From Chitinophagales bacterium (GTDB lineage Bacteria; Bacteroidota; Bacteroidia; Chitinophagales; UBA10324), in NCBI GenBank assembly GCA_035638255.1, contig DASRAJ010000029.1:54232-118231 (forward strand): a DNA stretch of 64,000 nucleotides, given 5' to 3'. The translations under genes were made by a program, and so were the position numbers. This document shows, piece by piece, positions 62,741-64,000 of the stretch (positions within the stretch are counted from its first letter, which is position 1; the number at the start of each line of letters is the position of its first letter). The notes below the pieces were generated by a model, which was not told the origin of the DNA, made no database searches, and saw only the letters and a program-made list of their open reading frames with translations.

Positions 62741-64000
62741 ATGGACGATAATAGTGTTCTTGTGAAATTCCGAAATTCTCGAGGGACTGATTTGCAGGAA
62801 AGAATAAGCAATGCCATATATCAGTATAATGTAGATGAATTAAAATATTTTATAGATTCTATTATTAATGAGGCAATTTGGTTAGATGAATTTTATGATA
62901 AAAATTACAATGAAGAATCATTTCTTGATTCACTTGAGGAAGCTTTAGACAGTGCAAGTGCAGCGACGAAGGCTAATGTTGAAGTAGCTTTTACGGAGTC
63001 AGCCGATTCATTTATTCATCAAATTAATCCTGAATTACATGATAAAAAATATATTCTCACTCTTTTAAGCATTTCCAAGAATTTGTCTTGGGGAATAGAT
63101 GAATTAGTTATTATGTATGGTTTCTTTAAAAATAGCCCCTATGTAGATAATGAGATAGAAGAACAGGCGGCTTTGACATTATCTTTTTATCCTTTTAATA
63201 ACGATAGAAAACAATTTTGGACAGAGTTATCTAATAGCCTTACCAATAAATCTTTTTTAGTTTACCCATTAATTATTGATTTATACGATAATGATAAAGA
63301 ATTATTATTGAATCTTCTAAAAGGAGCCAAAACTAAGCCTAATAATATAGATGAAATCCAAAGCGTATTTGCGACAATCCTAGAGCAACTTGTCAATGCA
63401 AAAGAAATAGACAGAATACTTGTTTTAATTGGAGAAGCACCAACCTGGGTATATGATCTCTTTCTTAATGTTGATAAGGAATTTAATTATGGTGTATTCA
63501 GAATTATGCTTGATATGCAGGATATCTATAAAAATCTAGAGAAATATTTTTGGGATAAAGAATTACAACTAAATTTAAGCTACGTTGTAAATGATGTTTG
63601 GGATTGTAATTTTGTTCAGTTCATTGATGAACTGAAATATAATGACTTTTTCAATATATCTCTTTCTCCTATTGATAATTTTATCAAGAGAAAAATGAAG
63701 GATGAAAAAAGTAAAGAATTTACAGCAACTGTTTTAGATACTTCAAGATTATTTTTAAAATCATTTCTAAAGAACAATGATTCTTTTAAGGATTTCGATA
63801 ATAGGAATTTACTTTCAATTCTTCCTAAAGAAGTATTACCAAAGAATCAACTTGAAGAAACAAAGGACGTAGCTATTTTAGATATTTTTAAATATTGCTT
63901 AGTTAGTAACATTAAATCTACAAATCAACTCAAAGATGATCTCCCTGTAGCTTTAAGTCCAGATTGCTTTGTTAACAAATTATACATTGCTTATAAAGAA
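62741..64000 (+). CDS. hypothetical protein, N-terminal 420 codons (3' end outside window)
   Basis: ATG at 62,741, 4 nt after the previous stop. I checked the frame by hand and it stays open to the window edge. The composition is helical and repeat-like, very AT-rich. It is truncated, so it is absent from the ORF track. Confidence 0.45.
   Translation, partial: MDDNSVLVKFRNSRGTDLQERISNAIYQYNVDELKYFIDSIINEAIWLDEFYDKNYNEESFLDSLEEALDSASAATKANVEVAFTESADSFIHQINPELHDKKYILTLLSISKNLSWGIDELVIMYGFFKNSPYVDNEIEEQAALTLSFYPFNNDRKQFWTELSNSLTNKSFLVYPLIIDLYDNDKELLLNLLKGAKTKPNNIDEIQSVFATILEQLVNAKEIDRILVLIGEAPTWVYDLFLNVDKEFNYGVFRIMLDMQDIYKNLEKYFWDKELQLNLSYVVNDVWDCNFVQFIDELKYNDFFNISLSPIDNFIKRKMKDEKSKEFTATVLDTSRLFLKSFLKNNDSFKDFDNRNLLSILPKEVLPKNQLEETKDVAILDIFKYCLVSNIKSTNQLKDDLPVALSPDCFVNKLYIAYKE

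Larger units (their letters stand above)
48300..64000. mobile_element. second mobile/accessory region (boundaries not determinable; continues past window end)
   Basis: It holds ArdC-like, methyltransferase-like, XRE and LexA-like repressor genes, a second large serine recombinase, a T4CP-like ATPase and defence-type cargo. It is mostly AT-rich. I could not locate any att duplication. Confidence 0.35.

Overview
The window starts with Bacteroidota-type chromosome (about 1-27.6 kb). It carries a gliding/type IX secretion cluster (gldJ-like, porP/sprF-family, porU, porV), ispF, purE, an M13 peptidase, a class III cyclase and large T9SS cargo and membrane proteins. At least two AT-rich accessory regions follow. 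Island 1 (about 27,949-47,770; ~19.8 kb) has a large serine recombinase at its left end. It is bracketed by a diverged duplication of the 3' end of a DnaQ/PolB-like 3'-5' exonuclease gene: the orphaned host fragment is at 27,707-27,948 and the island-supplied replacement 3' end at 47,529-47,770. Its cargo has four parts. (i) A tightly coupled six-gene operon: NurA-like nuclease, HerA-like ATPase, ABC/AAA_15-type ATPase, an unknown 274-aa protein, a GHKL/MORC-like ATPase and a large radical SAM enzyme with a B12-binding-like N-terminal domain. I cannot assign it to any named system, and it is my top candidate for something undescribed. (ii) A convergent module of DUF3223-like, TPR-HEPN and membrane-protein genes. 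(iii) A ~1 kb GC-rich, ORF-free, hairpin-rich segment that may be a structured RNA. (iv) Ordinary small stress-type genes (three SRPBCC, VOC, YciI-like) with a GlxA/AraC regulator. Region 2 (48.3 to beyond 64 kb) also looks mobile. It holds ArdC, a graspetide (omega-ester RiPP) cluster with a three-core precursor, a methyltransferase-like gene facing a PLD nuclease, and an XRE switch. It also holds a LexA-like repressor followed by a DUF3892 / TIR-like / caspase operon, an unannotated MshEN-like small ORF, a second large serine recombinase, and a T4CP/HerA-like ATPase with two unknown genes. All family assignments come from reading motifs by eye; I ran no database search.
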